Shown here one piece after another: positions 20,429-30,163 of a stretch of 44,015 nt of DNA; position 1 is the first letter of the stretch, and every line of letters starts with the position of its first letter. The notes beneath the pieces are model-generated. The model did no database searches, was not told the origin of the DNA, and saw nothing but the letters and a program-made list of their open reading frames with translations. The stretch comes from Pseudomonadota bacterium. GTDB taxonomy: Bacteria; Pseudomonadota; Gammaproteobacteria; Burkholderiales; Burkholderiaceae_C. Position numbers and translations under genes: made by a program. The stretch lies in the NCBI GenBank assembly GCA_018240995.1, contig JAFEES010000571.1, forward strand, positions 1-44,015, given 5' to 3'.

Positions 20429-20710
20429 ATGGGACTCGACCAGATCGCCATCGCCCTGCTGGGCGCCACCGCCGCCTGGGCCTCGCAGGCGCGCGGCCCG
20501 GGCCTGCGCCGCTGGGCCTGCATCTTCGGGCTGCTGGGCCAGCCGTTCTGGTTCTACGCCTCGTGGCAGGCCGGGCAATGGGGTATTTTTGCCGTGTCCA
20601 TCGTCTACATGGCGGCCTGGCTGCGCGGCCTGTGGGTGTACTGGCTGGCACCACGCCAGCAGGCCCAGGATGCCGGCGTGAGCACCATACAGCTGACGCC
20701 CGGGCGCTAA
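20429..20710 (+). CDS. small Trp-rich membrane protein (about 3 TM helices), unknown function
   Basis: 93 aa hydrophobic ORF with host-like codon usage: DQIAIALLG...RRWACIFGLLGQPFWFY...QWGIF. Confidence 0.75.
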   Translation: MGLDQIAIALLGATAAWASQARGPGLRRWACIFGLLGQPFWFYASWQAGQWGIFAVSIVYMAAWLRGLWVYWLAPRQQAQDAGVSTIQLTPGR

Positions 20711-20721
20711 GAGGCTGATCC

Positions 20722-21495
20722 ATGCACCCTCCGCTGCCGCTGCTGTGGCAGGACGAGCATATGGTGGCGCTGTACAAGCCCGCCGGCTGGCTGGTGCACC
20801 GCACCGGGCTGGACGCCGGTGAAACGCGCTTCGTGGTGCAGGCCCTGCGCGACCAGATCGGCCGGCATGTCTACCCCGTGCACCGCCTGGACAAGGGCAC
20901 CTGCGGCGTGCTCGTCATGGGCCTGCACCCGGCGGCGGCGCACGCCCTGGCCGAGGCCTTTGCCGGCCATGCGGTGCGCAAGCAATACCTGGCCCTGGTG
21001 CGCGGCTGGGCGCCCCTGCAGGCCGAGGTCGATCACCCGCTGCGCCCCGACGACGCCCCGCCAGATACTCCCGCCCAGGCCGCCCACACGAGCATCACCC
21101 GCCTGGCCAGGCTGGAGCTGCCCCAGGCCAGCGACGCCCGCTTTGCCAGCACCCGCGCCAGCCTGGTGCTGGCCGAGCCCACCACCGGCCGGCGCCACCA
21201 GATACGCCGCCACCTGAAGCACCTGGCCCACCCCATCATTGGCGATGCCACGCATGGCAAGGGCCCGCTGAACCGCTGGTGGGCCGCGCGCCTGGGCCTG
21301 CGGCGCCTGTGGCTGCACGCCTGGCGCCTGCAGCTGCCGCACCCCGCGGATGGCCGGCCCATCACCCTGGACAGCGGCCTGCGCTGGCCGGCCGTGCTGC
21401 ATGACCAGGGCGATGCCCCACCCTGGGGCGACTGGCAGGCACGCGTGCTTACCCTGCCCTGGCAGGCAGACCCGGCCGGCGGCGCGCTACCATGA
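20722..21495 (+). CDS. truC: tRNA pseudouridine(65) synthase (RluA family)
   Basis: KPAGWLVHRT, RDQIGRHVYPVHRLDKGT, PTTGRRHQIRRHLKHLAHPIIGD. Confidence 0.88.
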   Translation: MHPPLPLLWQDEHMVALYKPAGWLVHRTGLDAGETRFVVQALRDQIGRHVYPVHRLDKGTCGVLVMGLHPAAAHALAEAFAGHAVRKQYLALVRGWAPLQAEVDHPLRPDDAPPDTPAQAAHTSITRLARLELPQASDARFASTRASLVLAEPTTGRRHQIRRHLKHLAHPIIGDATHGKGPLNRWWAARLGLRRLWLHAWRLQLPHPADGRPITLDSGLRWPAVLHDQGDAPPWGDWQARVLTLPWQADPAGGALP

Positions 21496-21519
21496 ACCCC
21501 ACACCACGCACCGCGCGCC

Positions 21520-23328
21520 ATGCCAGAGCCCACCACCAGCCCAGCGAGCCCCCTACCCGAAGACAGCGCCCTATGCCCCGGCGAAGCCATGCACGCCGCG
21601 CACCTGCGCCAGCTGCTGCGCGCGGCCCTGCCCGACAGCAGCCACCACAAGGCCGCGGGCTGGTTCGGGCAGACCGACTTCCTATTCACGCACAGCCATG
21701 TCGATGAGGAGCAGGACGCCTACCACGACGGCCTGTTCATCACCCTCTGGAAGCGCTGGGACTTCTGGCTGGCCCTGCCCCCGGCCGGCGCCGCGCAGCG
21801 CAACCTGCTGGCCCAGGCCTGGGCGCGCCTGAGCCAGGGCGCGCCCGCGGCCGAGGCCGACGGCCTGCTGCGCCAGTACCGCGCCTACGACGGCGCCGGC
21901 CGCCCCGGCCCCTGGCAGCCGCTGGACGCGGCCCATGCGCCGCCCGATGCCTTGCAAGACTGCGCGCAGGCCTGGCGCGCCGTGATCGCCTACTGGCGCC
22001 GCGCCGAGGGCCAGCGCCGCGCCGGCCGCCCGCTGCGCGCGCGGCTGCACGCCACGCTCACGCCGGCGCGCGTGCAGGCGTTGACGCTGCTGCCCGTCTT
22101 CACCGGCCGCTACAACGACTGGTGGGATCCCGAACGCAACGGCTGGTGGGAAGGCGACGTGTGGATAGGCGCGCGCCAGCCCGGCCAGCAAGGCGGCCGG
22201 CACTGGGGCCGGGCGCTCAAACTGAGCTGGCGCAACGGCAGCGAGGCGGCGGGCGACGAGGAGGACGACGCCCACGCCTGCTACCAGATCGACCTCGTCG
22301 ACGACGATGCGCCCAGCGGCACCGCCCACCCACCCGGCCTGCGCCTGAGCTACAGCCAACGCCAAAGTGACGCGCGCAGCCTGCTCACCAACGACGCCGT
22401 GGAGCACATGGAGCGCCTGCTGCAGCTGTTCACCAGCCTGGAGCAGCGCCTGTACGCGGCCCATGCGCAAGAGCAGCAGGCGCTGCAGGCCGGCGCTCCC
22501 GCAAGCGGCGGCCCGGCGCCGGCACTGCCGCGCACCCCGCCCTTCGCCCCCGACGAGAGCGATGCCGAGGTCTTCGGCGCCGCCATCATGGCCCTGTCGC
22601 ACGCCTGGCAAAGCAGCGGCCGCAGCCACGCCAGCCTGGTGCGCGAGCTCTGGGCCGCGCAGGCCGATGCCGCGCAGCCGCCCGATGCACCCGCCGCCGA
22701 CGCCCCCACGCCGCCGCCGCTGGCCGACCCGCGCCTGGCCCAGGCCAGCGGCGTGCTGCGGCTGGCGCACACCGTGCACGCACTGGCAGACCAGGATCTG
22801 TCGGCACGCTTTCACCGCCGCTTCGCCTTTGCGCCCGGCGCCTTCGCGCACCACGCCGCGCGCGGCGGCCGGGCCGTGGGGCCGTTGCTGTGGCAGAGCG
22901 ATGGCCGCCTGCTGGCCCATGTGGGCCCGGCCACGGGCGCAGCCGACCAGGCCGGCAGCTGGTGGCAGCTCGGCGCCGATGGCCTGCACCTGACCCCCTT
23001 GCCGTCGGCGCAGGCACCGCACGCCGTGCCACCCCAGGCCGGCCACGCCACGGCCCACGGCGTGACGGTGCGCGGCGACGAGGCCGGCGACCTGCACGGC
23101 CTGGCCGACGACGGCCGCGCGCTATGGCGCCACCACTTGGGCGGCGCCATCCGCAGCATCGCCCCGGCGCCCGACGGCCACGCCCTGGCGGTGGGCACGG
23201 CCGGCGGCTACCTGGTGCTGCTGCACAAGGGCAGCGGCACCGACCCCTACTTGGTCAGCACCTCGCGCTACGCCGAAGCCCGGCGCTTCATCTTCTGGGG
23301 CGACACGGCCGCGCCGCTGGCCTGGTAG
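21520..23328 (+). CDS. hypothetical protein with C-terminal beta-propeller-like repeats
   Basis: 602-aa ORF with GC3-rich codons; C-terminal LWRHHLGGAIRSIAPAPDGHALAVGT resembles a WD40/PQQ blade; start uncertain. Confidence 0.7.
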   Translation: MPEPTTSPASPLPEDSALCPGEAMHAAHLRQLLRAALPDSSHHKAAGWFGQTDFLFTHSHVDEEQDAYHDGLFITLWKRWDFWLALPPAGAAQRNLLAQAWARLSQGAPAAEADGLLRQYRAYDGAGRPGPWQPLDAAHAPPDALQDCAQAWRAVIAYWRRAEGQRRAGRPLRARLHATLTPARVQALTLLPVFTGRYNDWWDPERNGWWEGDVWIGARQPGQQGGRHWGRALKLSWRNGSEAAGDEEDDAHACYQIDLVDDDAPSGTAHPPGLRLSYSQRQSDARSLLTNDAVEHMERLLQLFTSLEQRLYAAHAQEQQALQAGAPASGGPAPALPRTPPFAPDESDAEVFGAAIMALSHAWQSSGRSHASLVRELWAAQADAAQPPDAPAADAPTPPPLADPRLAQASGVLRLAHTVHALADQDLSARFHRRFAFAPGAFAHHAARGGRAVGPLLWQSDGRLLAHVGPATGAADQAGSWWQLGADGLHLTPLPSAQAPHAVPPQAGHATAHGVTVRGDEAGDLHGLADDGRALWRHHLGGAIRSIAPAPDGHALAVGTAGGYLVLLHKGSGTDPYLVSTSRYAEARRFIFWGDTAAPLAW

Positions 23329-23341
23329 GCAATACTGTTTC

Positions 23342-23390
23342 GATAACATTTTTGATAGCTGTAGGCGGCCTATGAGCGAGCGCAGCCGCC
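23342..23390 (+). repeat. degenerate bipartite ATAGC repeat
   Basis: GATAACATTTTTGATAGCTGTAGGCGGCCTATGAGCGAGCGC. Confidence 0.45.
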
Positions 23391-23399
23391 GTTTTCACC

Positions 23400-23870
23400 A
23401 TGAGCACCTACCACGCCGAGACGATCTGGACGCGCGACGCCACGCCCCAGGACTTCCTGAAGAACCGCTACAGCCGCCGCCACCTGCTGCGCTTTGACGC
23501 AGGCCTGGAACTGCCCGGTTCCTCATCCCCGCAGGTCGTCCCCCTGCCCTGGTCCGACGCGGCGGCCGTGGATCCGGAAGAGGCCTTCGTGGCCGCGCTG
23601 TCGAGCTGCCACATGCTGTGGTTCCTGTCTATCGCCGCGCGCCAGGGCTTTTGCGTGGACGGGTATCGCGACGCGGCCGAGGGTCTGATGGCCCGTAACG
23701 CCGCGGGCCGTCTGGCCATGACCCGCGTCACGCTGCGGCCCGCCGTGTGCTTTGGCGGGCGCCAGCCCACGGCGGATGAGCTGCAGGCCATGCACCACCA
23801 GGCGCATGAGGAATGCTTCATCGCCAATTCGGTGACCACCGAGGTGCGCTGCGAGCCGGTGCCGGGTTGA
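23400..23870 (+). CDS. OsmC/Ohr family protein
   Basis: YSRRH, DPEEAFVAALSSCHMLWFL, AHEECFIANSV (two conserved Cys). Confidence 0.9.
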   Translation: MSTYHAETIWTRDATPQDFLKNRYSRRHLLRFDAGLELPGSSSPQVVPLPWSDAAAVDPEEAFVAALSSCHMLWFLSIAARQGFCVDGYRDAAEGLMARNAAGRLAMTRVTLRPAVCFGGRQPTADELQAMHHQAHEECFIANSVTTEVRCEPVPG

Positions 23871-23872
23871 GG

Positions 23873-24829
23873 CTATTGCCCGCGCGGCGCATTGCGCGCG
23901 CGGCGCTCGTTCCTCTTGCGCTGCTCGGCCTTGCGCTCGGCGCGTGCCTTGTCCTGCAACTGCCCGGCGGCCAGCCAGGCTTCAAACTCCGCCACGGTCT
24001 CCAGCGTGATGGGCCCCAAGGCGGCGCTGCGAAAGTCGGTGAGCACGATCTCGGCGGCCTTTTGCAGGTTCAGGCGCCCGCCGCTCATCACGGCGCCGCG
24101 CTTCCTGGCGATCAGCTCCAGCAGCTCGTCGTCATGGCGCGCGGCAATGTCCGCCGCGTCCAGCGCCAGCTTGTAGCGCGCGTCCAAGAGCGGCGCGTAA
24201 TGCTGCTTCAGGTAGGCCAGCAGATCCAGCGCCACCTCCTCTTCGTCATAGGCGTTGCGCCCCACGGCGCCGCTGGCGGCCAGGCGCTGGCCGCTTTCGG
24301 GCACGATGATGCGCGGCCACAGCATGCCGGGCGTGTCCCACAGGTAAAAGTCATCGTCGAGCACGATGCGCTGCTCCTGCTTGGTGATGCCGGCCTCGTC
24401 GCCGGTCTTGGCCTGGCGCTTGGCCGACAGGGTGTTGATGAGCGTGGACTTGCCCACGTTGGGTATGCCGCAAATCAACACCCGCATGGGCCGTGACAGG
24501 CCGCGCCGGTTGGGCGCCAGCTGGCGGCAGGCGTCGATGAGCCGGCGCGCGGGGGCGGTGTCGGAGGCATCGAGGGCGATGGCGCTGGTCTGCGGCCGGG
24601 CGTTGTACCAGGCCAGCCAGGCCGGCGTGCGCGCCGGGTCGGCCAGATCCTGCTTGTTGAGCACCTTCAGCGTGGGCTTGTGGCCGGTCAGCTCGGCCAG
24701 CAGCGGGTTGGCGCTGGAGGCGGGCAGGCGCGCGTCCAGCAGCTCTATCACCACGTCTATGTCCTTGATGCGCTCGCCTATCGCCTTGCGCGTCAGGTGC
24801 ATGTGACCGGGAAACCACTGGATGCTCAT
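23873..24829 (-). CDS. ylqF: ribosome biogenesis GTPase YlqF/RbgA
   Basis: IQWFPGHM, DARLP, NKQD, GIPNVGKST, DTPG (circularly permuted GTPase). Confidence 0.95.
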   Translation of the reverse strand: MSIQWFPGHMHLTRKAIGERIKDIDVVIELLDARLPASSANPLLAELTGHKPTLKVLNKQDLADPARTPAWLAWYNARPQTSAIALDASDTAPARRLIDACRQLAPNRRGLSRPMRVLICGIPNVGKSTLINTLSAKRQAKTGDEAGITKQEQRIVLDDDFYLWDTPGMLWPRIIVPESGQRLAASGAVGRNAYDEEEVALDLLAYLKQHYAPLLDARYKLALDAADIAARHDDELLELIARKRGAVMSGGRLNLQKAAEIVLTDFRSAALGPITLETVAEFEAWLAAGQLQDKARAERKAEQRKRNERRARNAPRGQ

Positions 24830-24884
24830 GGGGCTGTACTTTCACTCATCGGGGCTGGCAAAGGCGCCAAGGATAATCGCCGCC

Positions 24885-25109
24885 ATGGCCTCCCCGCGTC
24901 AACGCAAACAAGATTCCGAGCTGCTGCTCAAGGGCGTGATCTGCGCGCTCATCGGCGCCATCGTCGTGCTGGCGCCCTACGTGGCGCGCTCGCCGGACGT
25001 GCGCGAGCTCATGGCCCAGGTGTATCTGGCGGGCTGGTTCGCCCTGGTGCTGGGCTGCGCCTTTCTGGCACGCTGGGGCCTGCAGCGCTGGCGCAAGCGC
25101 GGCGACTGA
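24885..25109 (+). CDS. small 2-TM hypothetical protein
   Basis: 74 aa with two hydrophobic helices; -10-like GATAAT 7 nt before the ATG. Confidence 0.65.
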   Translation: MASPRQRKQDSELLLKGVICALIGAIVVLAPYVARSPDVRELMAQVYLAGWFALVLGCAFLARWGLQRWRKRGD

Positions 25110-27290
25110 TCAGCCCGCCCGCAGCGGCACGACCACCGCCGTGGCCTCGGCGCGCAGCTGCTGGGCCAGCTCCTCGGCCAGGCACAGGCGGCGCAGCAGC
25201 CAGGGGGCCAGGTCGGCCTCGACCAATGGCGGCAGCGCCTGCGGCTCGTACACCCCGGCCTGCTCGGGCCCGGGCGCGGCGGCCACGGCGGCGCCGGTCA
25301 ATATGGCCTCCAGCCGGGCGGCGGCGGCCTGCAGTGGCTGTTGCACATCCTCGGCGCGCAGATGGCCGCGGCGCAGCAGCAGCATGGACTTGACGGCCGT
25401 GAGCTGGGCCAGCAGCTGGTAGCAATGCACCTGCATGCGCTCCAGCGGCGCCAGCGGCGGGCGCACGGCGCGCGGCTCCTTCCAGGCGCGCGCCGTGGCC
25501 TGCACCAGGATGCCCAGGCTGTCATAGGCCTCGCGCCGCGCCAGGCGCCAGGCCAGCTCGGGGTGGTTGTCCACGGCCTGCAGCTGGCCCAGCGCCAGGG
25601 CCTCTCGGGCGTGGCGCGTCTGCGCCACCAGGCTGCGCGCCACCAGGGCCGGTATCTGCTGGCGCTCCCACGACGGCAGCACGTAGGCAAAGGCCCAGGC
25701 GATGCCGGCGCCTATCACGGTGTCGGCGATGCGCTCCAGCAGCACGAAACCGGCGCTGCCGCCCGCCCCCAGCAAATGCGCCTGCACCAGGCCCAGCACC
25801 GTGGCCGCCACCGCGGTGAACAGGTACCGGCGCAGCGTGAAGGCGTGGGCCACGGCCTGGGCCACCGTCACGCACACCAGCAGCGCCCAGTGCGGCAGGT
25901 CGGCCGCCAGCACGGCCGAGGCCAGCACGCAGCCCAGCATGGTGCCGGCCACGCGCTCGTTGCGCCGCTCCAGCGTCTGCGCCAGGCTGCCGCGCAGCAC
26001 GACGACTATCGTCAGCACGATCCAGTAGGCATGTTCGCGCCAGGGCAGCAGCTGCGACAGCGCATAGCCCGCGCCAATGGCCAGCGCCGCGCGCATGGCG
26101 TGGCGCAGCGGCGCGGCGCGCCAGCGCCACAGGGCGAGGAACGGCCGCCAGCCCCAGCCCACGGGGCTGACGAACATCTGCCAGCTCACGCGCACCAGGG
26201 CCAGGTCGGGCACGGCCTCGCCGCGCGCCAGGGCGATGAGGCGCGCCACCTCGTCGTGGATATGGCCTAGGCGGTGCGACAGCGCCTGCGCCAGGCGCGC
26301 CGGCGTGAAGCCGGCATCGCCCTGCGGCACCGGCAGCTGCAGCTGGGCGCGCAGGTCTTCAAACGGCGCCGGCATGTGGCCGCGCAGCAGCGCATCGGCC
26401 AGCTGCTCCATCTGCGCGGCTAGTGCCAGCAGCACGCCATGCTGGCGCGTCAGGACCTCGGCCTGGTCGGGCCGGGTGCGCAGCCCTTCCAGATCCAGGG
26501 CGCTGGCCAGCAGGTGGTCGCGCATCTCCAGGGCGCACAGCAGCATGCCGGCCAGCTGCTGCTGGCGCGCGCTGGTGGGCGACTCCAGCACGATGTCGCG
26601 CGCCGACTGCAGCTGGTCGGCCAGCGTGGCCTGGCGCAGCAGCAGCTGGCCCATGAGCGGGTTGGCGCGTTCGCCCAGGGCCAGCACCGGCGTGAACTGC
26701 AGCGCCTGCAGCCGCATCAGCGCGGCCTGCGAGAGCAACACGTCGGCAATCACCTGCACGCGGTAGCGCCCGTTGAGCAGCCGGTTGGCCAGCACCGACC
26801 AGGGCAGGGACAGCAGCGAGCCCAGGCCGAAGTAGGCGCTGGTGACAAGGGCCGCGCGCCAGCCCTCGGCCCCGGCATGCGTCGGCACGGCCATGGAAAA
26901 CACCAGCGCCAGCACGGCGGCTATGGCCACCGGCGCGCCGCGCTTGCCCCAGGCCATGCCCAGGAAGGCAAAAAAACTTGCCGGCACGAGGAGCAGGCCC
27001 AGGGCCCAGGGCTGCTCGTGCAACAGCTGCACGGCAAAGAACAGCGGCAGCGCCAGCAGCGGCGCGGGCAGCATGTGCAGGAACTTGCCGCGCCGCGGCG
27101 CCGGTATGTCGGGCGGAATGGCGACGATGGCGCCCACGGCCGCAGCCGACGCCGCCGCGCTGCCCAGCAGCACATGCACCAGCGTGGAGATGAGCAGCAG
27201 CCCCAGCGCGCAGGCCAGGCCGTTGGCCACATAGTGCGACAGCAGCACCCGCAGGGCGCTGCGCAGCCGGCTCTCCAGGGGCATGGTCAT
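25110..27290 (-). CDS. FUSC family (YccS/YhfK-like) inner membrane protein
   Basis: two TM blocks; LRHAMRAALA, HAYWIVLTIVVVLR, ERVAGTMLGC, ERIADTVIG. Confidence 0.88.
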   Translation of the reverse strand: MTMPLESRLRSALRVLLSHYVANGLACALGLLLISTLVHVLLGSAAASAAAVGAIVAIPPDIPAPRRGKFLHMLPAPLLALPLFFAVQLLHEQPWALGLLLVPASFFAFLGMAWGKRGAPVAIAAVLALVFSMAVPTHAGAEGWRAALVTSAYFGLGSLLSLPWSVLANRLLNGRYRVQVIADVLLSQAALMRLQALQFTPVLALGERANPLMGQLLLRQATLADQLQSARDIVLESPTSARQQQLAGMLLCALEMRDHLLASALDLEGLRTRPDQAEVLTRQHGVLLALAAQMEQLADALLRGHMPAPFEDLRAQLQLPVPQGDAGFTPARLAQALSHRLGHIHDEVARLIALARGEAVPDLALVRVSWQMFVSPVGWGWRPFLALWRWRAAPLRHAMRAALAIGAGYALSQLLPWREHAYWIVLTIVVVLRGSLAQTLERRNERVAGTMLGCVLASAVLAADLPHWALLVCVTVAQAVAHAFTLRRYLFTAVAATVLGLVQAHLLGAGGSAGFVLLERIADTVIGAGIAWAFAYVLPSWERQQIPALVARSLVAQTRHAREALALGQLQAVDNHPELAWRLARREAYDSLGILVQATARAWKEPRAVRPPLAPLERMQVHCYQLLAQLTAVKSMLLLRRGHLRAEDVQQPLQAAAARLEAILTGAAVAAAPGPEQAGVYEPQALPPLVEADLAPWLLRRLCLAEELAQQLRAEATAVVVPLRAG

Positions 27291-27318
27291 GGCGGCCCCA
27301 TCCTACGATGCAATCGGT

Positions 27319-28848
27319 TCAGCCCAGCTGGCGCGGATCCATGTACTGCTGGCGCCAGTCTTCGAACGGCAGGGTGTCCGCTTCCTCGATGGCCTTTTGC
27401 GCCGTCAGGGACTGCGCGGCCAGGGCCTGGTAGTGCTGCTGCCGGGCGCCATCCCACGGCAGGGCCAACAGCCGCTCGCGCACCTGGTTGGATTGGGCAA
27501 AGGAAAACGCCTCGTAGCTGCAGCCATGCTGCGCGCGCATGGCGGCGAGCACGCGTGCCGACGGCGCCAGGCGGCTGTCGCCCAGCACGGCCTGGGCCTG
27601 TTGCAGCGCGGCGGCGTAGTCGCCCCCGCCCTGCGCGGCGTCCAGCGCCGTGGCGATGGGCGCGCATTCGCCCAGCACCTGCGCCGCCCAGTCGGTCAGC
27701 AACACCGGCTGGCCGCCGCGCAGCAGCTGCAGGCCAGGCTCGCGCCCGCGCTCGGCCGTCTGGTGCTGGTTGTGCTTGAGCTCGGCGATCTCCTGCGGCG
27801 TGTCGGGCGGGCTGTCGGAGAGCAGGCAATGCAGCAAAAACACGTCCAGCAGGCGCATGGTGGACATGTTGATGCCCACGTTCTCGAACGGATCCAGATC
27901 CATGAGCCGCACCTCGACATATTCCACGCCACGTTCGCGCAGCGCGTGCAGCGGGCGCTCGCCGCGCTGCACCGTGCGCTTGGGGCGGATGGTGCCGTAG
28001 AACTCGTTCTCGATCTGCAGCAGGCTGGTGCCCAGCTGGTTGTAGTCGCCGCCGATGTTGCGTATGCCTATGGCCTCATAGGCCGGATAGGGGCGCGTGA
28101 GCGCCTCGTACAGCGAATCGGCGTAGCCCGACAGGCCGTTGTAGCTCACGTTCAGGCTGGCCTGGGCATCGCTCTGGTAGCCCAGGCGGCCCATGCGCAG
28201 CGAGGTGGCATGCGGCAGGTACAGGGCCTGGTTGCCGTCGCCCATGGGCTGCAGGCCGTGCGTGCGCCCCTCGACGAAGCAGGGGCACAGCGCCGGCGAG
28301 GCGCCGAACAGGTACAGCAGCACGAAGGCGTGGCGGCGGAAGTTGCGGATCAGCGCAAAGTATTCCTCGCTCGTCACCCCGGGCAGCGACCAGTTGTAGT
28401 GGATGCCCGAGATGGTCTGCATGCGCCGCCCGTAGCGGTGCGCCAGGCCCATGCGGTAGATGCTCTTGGCGCGGCCTATGTGCGAGTTGCCGTAGCGGCC
28501 GATGGGAATGGTCTCGTCCGTGGGCAGGCCGCAGGGCATGCTGGAGACCCACAGCATCTCGCCGCCGGCATCGGCCAGGGTGCGCAGCACGTATTGGTGG
28601 ATGTGGACGAGCTCGTCCAGGCAGCCGGCGACGCTTTGGTGCGCGCCGGTGATGAGTTCGATCTGCGACTCGCTGTAGTCGGTGGTGATGCTGGGGTGCG
28701 TAAGGGCCGCGCCCAGCGCCAGCGGGTGGGGCGTGAGCGCCAGGCCGCCCGCGGGCAGCACGCGCAGCCCCTCTTTTTCAATGCCGCGGCGCATGCCCGC
28801 CAGGCGCTGGGCCGGCAGGGCTGCGATGCGCTGTTGCAGATTGCTCAT
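27319..28848 (-). CDS. gshA: glutamate--cysteine ligase
   Basis: RGIEKEGLRV, ITTDYSESQIELIT, MQTISGIHYNWS, ATSLRMGRLGY, LQIENEFY, YVEVRLMD. Confidence 0.96.
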   Translation of the reverse strand: MSNLQQRIAALPAQRLAGMRRGIEKEGLRVLPAGGLALTPHPLALGAALTHPSITTDYSESQIELITGAHQSVAGCLDELVHIHQYVLRTLADAGGEMLWVSSMPCGLPTDETIPIGRYGNSHIGRAKSIYRMGLAHRYGRRMQTISGIHYNWSLPGVTSEEYFALIRNFRRHAFVLLYLFGASPALCPCFVEGRTHGLQPMGDGNQALYLPHATSLRMGRLGYQSDAQASLNVSYNGLSGYADSLYEALTRPYPAYEAIGIRNIGGDYNQLGTSLLQIENEFYGTIRPKRTVQRGERPLHALRERGVEYVEVRLMDLDPFENVGINMSTMRLLDVFLLHCLLSDSPPDTPQEIAELKHNQHQTAERGREPGLQLLRGGQPVLLTDWAAQVLGECAPIATALDAAQGGGDYAAALQQAQAVLGDSRLAPSARVLAAMRAQHGCSYEAFSFAQSNQVRERLLALPWDGARQQHYQALAAQSLTAQKAIEEADTLPFEDWRQQYMDPRQLG

Positions 28849-28957
28849 TGTGTGCTGTTGCTTTTTTTCGGGGAGGGGGCGGAACTTAGCATGCCGCGCC
28901 GCCACCCGTCCCCGATCCGGCGCAAGTGCCGGTGCCATGCGGGGTCACTGCCACGGC

Positions 28958-29878
28958 CTATGCGCCCTGCAGGTCGGCCGCCGCCAGGGCCAGGCGGATC
29001 TCGTTCTCGCCCTGGCCGGCGCCGCTGCGCGGCACCTGCTCACCGTGGCGGTCGCACACCTGGGCCAGCTGCGCGGCAAGCTGCTCGGGCACGTCGGCAT
29101 CCAGCCCCAGGTGCAGGCCCCGGGTCAGCGTGATGTGCGCGGCCTCGAAGGTGCCGGCGCCGGCGCACAGGATGGTGCGCGTGGGCGCGCTGTCGTGCGC
29201 CAGCACCAGCATGGCGGGCACCACGGCCTCGGGCTTGAGGGCCGCCAGCACTTCGGGCGGCAGCAGGCCCTCGGTCATGCGCGTGGCCGCCGTGGGCGCC
29301 AGGGCGTTGACATGAATGCCGTGCTTGGCGCCCTCTATGGCCAGGGTCTGCATCAACCCCACCTGGGCCAGCTTGGCCGCGCCGTAGTTGGCCTGGCCAA
29401 AGTTGCCATACAGGCCGGTGGACGAGGTGGTCATGACGATGCGCCCGTAGTTCTGCGCCTGCATCAGCGGCCACACCGCCTTGCAGCAATGCGCCGCGCC
29501 CATCAGGTGCACCTGCACCACCAGGGCGAAGTCGGCCATGTCCATCTTGGCAAAACTCTTGTCGCGCAGGATGCCGGCGTTGTTCACCAGGATGTCCACG
29601 CGCCCCCAGGCGTCCTGCGCCTGCCGCACCATGGCCTGCACGGCGGCAAAGTCGGTCACCGAGGCGCCACTCGCCAGCGCCTGGCCGCCCGCGGCGCGGA
29701 TCTCATCGACCACCGCCTGGGCCGCGCCGACGCCGCCACCGCTGCCGTCCACGGCGCCGCCCAGGTCATTCACCAGCACCTTGGCGCCGCGCGCCGCCAG
29801 TGCCAGCGCATGCTGGCGCCCCAGGCCGCCACCGGCGCCGGTCACGATGGCCACGCGGCCGTGGAATTCGAGGGTCAT
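28958..29878 (-). CDS. SDR family oxidoreductase (MFE-2-like hydroxyacyl-CoA dehydrogenase)
   Basis: TGAGGGLG, VNDLG, NNAGILRD, YGNFGQANYGAAK. Confidence 0.9.
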   Translation of the reverse strand: MTLEFHGRVAIVTGAGGGLGRQHALALAARGAKVLVNDLGGAVDGSGGGVGAAQAVVDEIRAAGGQALASGASVTDFAAVQAMVRQAQDAWGRVDILVNNAGILRDKSFAKMDMADFALVVQVHLMGAAHCCKAVWPLMQAQNYGRIVMTTSSTGLYGNFGQANYGAAKLAQVGLMQTLAIEGAKHGIHVNALAPTAATRMTEGLLPPEVLAALKPEAVVPAMLVLAHDSAPTRTILCAGAGTFEAAHITLTRGLHLGLDADVPEQLAAQLAQVCDRHGEQVPRSGAGQGENEIRLALAAADLQGA

Positions 29879-29904
29879 GGCAAATGTCTCCCAAAACGAA
29901 AAAA

Positions 29905-29945
29905 ATATAAAAAGTAGAGCTGCCCACGCTTGTCACGCAAGCGCC
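29905..29945 (+). repeat. bipartite repeat copy
   Basis: ATAT-AAAAAGT-AGAGC-TGCCC-ACGCTT-GTCACGC-AAGCGC. Confidence 0.6.
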
Positions 29946-30002
29946 AACTGCCTGTTTTGTTGCTGCCATGAGTGGCAGGCACCAGCGGCACCGCATGGCT
30001 AG

Positions 30003-30163
30003 GAGGCTGTCGGACTTGGAAATCGTCGGCTGCAAATCGACCGCAGCAGCCCATTTTTCACCGTCTTTTTGCCCAATAGCTCGGCTATTGGGCTGCAAAT
30101 CCGGCAAAAACTGGCCTTGCTGGGGCCGATTTTCGCTTTCGACGCTCCAAGTCCGACAGCCTC
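30003..30163. mobile_element. 161-bp MITE, family C
   Basis: perfect 18-bp TIR GAGGCTGTCGGACTTGGA / TCCAAGTCCGACAGCCTC; CTAG on both flanks; central hairpin GCCCAATAGC-TCG-GCTATTGGGC. Confidence 0.85.

Noticed and set aside
20708-20720. TAA-GAGGCTGATC resembling a MITE end after a stop codon
   Set aside because: Only a 7-8 bp match with no partner TIR; equally explained as the truC RBS (GAGG)
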